Assembly: GCA_963836935.1 (NCBI GenBank)
Contig: CAWILM010000038.1
Coordinates: 62,784 to 126,783, forward strand
Origin: an uncultured Acidimicrobiaceae bacterium
GTDB lineage: Bacteria; Actinomycetota; Acidimicrobiia; Acidimicrobiales; Bog-793
DNA: 64,000 nucleotides
Direction: 5' to 3'
The translations under genes and the position numbers were made by a program. The notes under the pieces were generated by a model. That model was not told the DNA's origin. It searched no databases and saw only the letters and a program-made list of their open reading frames with translations. Numbering within the stretch: the first letter of the stretch is position 1; each line of letters begins with the position of its first letter. Of this stretch, positions 63,410 to 64,000 are shown in pieces.

Positions 63410-64000
63410 GTGCGCGTTCTCGTTGTGCTGCCTACTTTCAATGAAGCTGCCACAATCGAGGACGTCCTCGGGCGTGTGCGCAAGGCGCTCCCGGAGGCGT
63501 CGGTCCTCGTCGTCGACGACAACAGCCCCGACGGCACAGCCAAGATCGCCGCCGAGTTCGGCGAGAGATGCGGCCGGGTCGAGGTACTGCCGCGGCCCGC
63601 CAAGATGGGCCTCGGCAGCGCCTATCGGGAAGGCTTCGCCTGGGGCCTCGCGCGGGGCTACGAGGCGATGGTCGAGATGGACTCGGACCTCTCGCACGAC
63701 CCGGACGCTCTTCCCGTGGTGCTGGCGCCGCTCGAGGAGGGATATGAGGTGGGCATCGGGTCCCGGTACGTTCCCGGTGGCTCGATACCGAACTGGAGCC
63801 TGCCGCGGCGACTGCTGTCGCGAGGGGGCAACATCTATGCCGATCTGTTGTTGGGCCTGCACGTGCGGGACTCGACCGCGGGCTACCGTGCCTACGCGGC
63901 GACACTTCTCCGCCGCATCGACCTCGTCTCGGTCCGGGCGGAGAGCTACGGGTTCCAGATCGAGATGACCTACCGGGCCAGGCAGCTGGGCGCCGAGGTC
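63410..64000 (+). CDS. ppm1: polyprenol monophosphomannose synthase (GT2, Ppm1/DPM1-like), 3'-truncated by the window end
   Basis: Not in the supplied ORF track because it has no stop in the window. My own translation from GTG 63410 is VRVLVVLPTFNEAATIEDVL...VLVVDDNSPDGT...MDSDLSHDP...GSRYVPGG...DSTAGYRAY...GFQIEM, the classic GT2 dolichol/polyprenol-phosphate mannosyltransferase motifs. Confidence 0.85.
   Translation, partial: MRVLVVLPTFNEAATIEDVLGRVRKALPEASVLVVDDNSPDGTAKIAAEFGERCGRVEVLPRPAKMGLGSAYREGFAWGLARGYEAMVEMDSDLSHDPDALPVVLAPLEEGYEVGIGSRYVPGGSIPNWSLPRRLLSRGGNIYADLLLGLHVRDSTAGYRAYAATLLRRIDLVSVRAESYGFQIEMTYRARQLGAEV

Noticed and set aside
60785-63862. 1025-aa minus-strand ORF.
   Set aside because: Only the last 406 codons (from ATG 62005) look like a membrane protein. 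The upstream ~620 codons are Asp/Arg/His/Gly-rich and are the antisense shadow of the well-supported AI-2E and ppm1 genes.

Overview
Very GC-rich, Actinomycetota-like chromosomal window with about 50 protein-coding genes. I recognised no rRNA, tRNA, CRISPR array, transposase, integrase or known defence genes. Left third (0-23 kb) is envelope and transport: S51 peptidase, DHA2 MFS pump, HtrA-like protease with proline-rich tandem repeats, a YfhO-like and a second GT-C-like giant membrane protein, NCS1 permease, BMP-type ABC uptake operon, an orphan NSAR/OSBS enolase-superfamily gene, an SGNH lipoprotein and a CFA-synthase-like methyltransferase. Centre (23-30 kb) is a tightly coupled five-gene TAT-dependent molybdopterin oxidoreductase locus: MopB catalytic subunit, 4x[4Fe-4S] subunit, NrfD-type anchor, TorD/DmsD-type chaperone, and an unusual 518-aa signal-less poly-ferredoxin built from a duplicated module. 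That locus is my best candidate for an undescribed system, with function and substrate unknown. Next (30-41 kb): CMD/AhpD-like protein, MFS plus TIGR02206 pair, DUF4118-GAF histidine kinase with OmpR-type regulator, a DrrAB-like ABC-2 exporter, a decayed 1-Cys peroxiredoxin and a GT87-like membrane protein. Right (41.8-64 kb): a 13-kb co-directional housekeeping array relA-hisS-aspS-rarA-alaS-ruvX-aroE-SEDS-BFN, a second SEDS gene, ppk-ppx, a flippase-like protein, an AI-2E transporter and a partial ppm1. The sequence as given contains many reading-frame breaks. By my reading at least 25 fall in the 7.2 kb covering hisS-aspS-rarA-alaS, with single breaks in about seven other genes, two of them sitting in C/G homopolymer runs. 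Assembly indel error is the most economical explanation, but only read-level data can settle it. The peroxiredoxin also lacks its catalytic core and looks like a real relic. All family assignments come from motif recognition by eye and memory; no searches were run.
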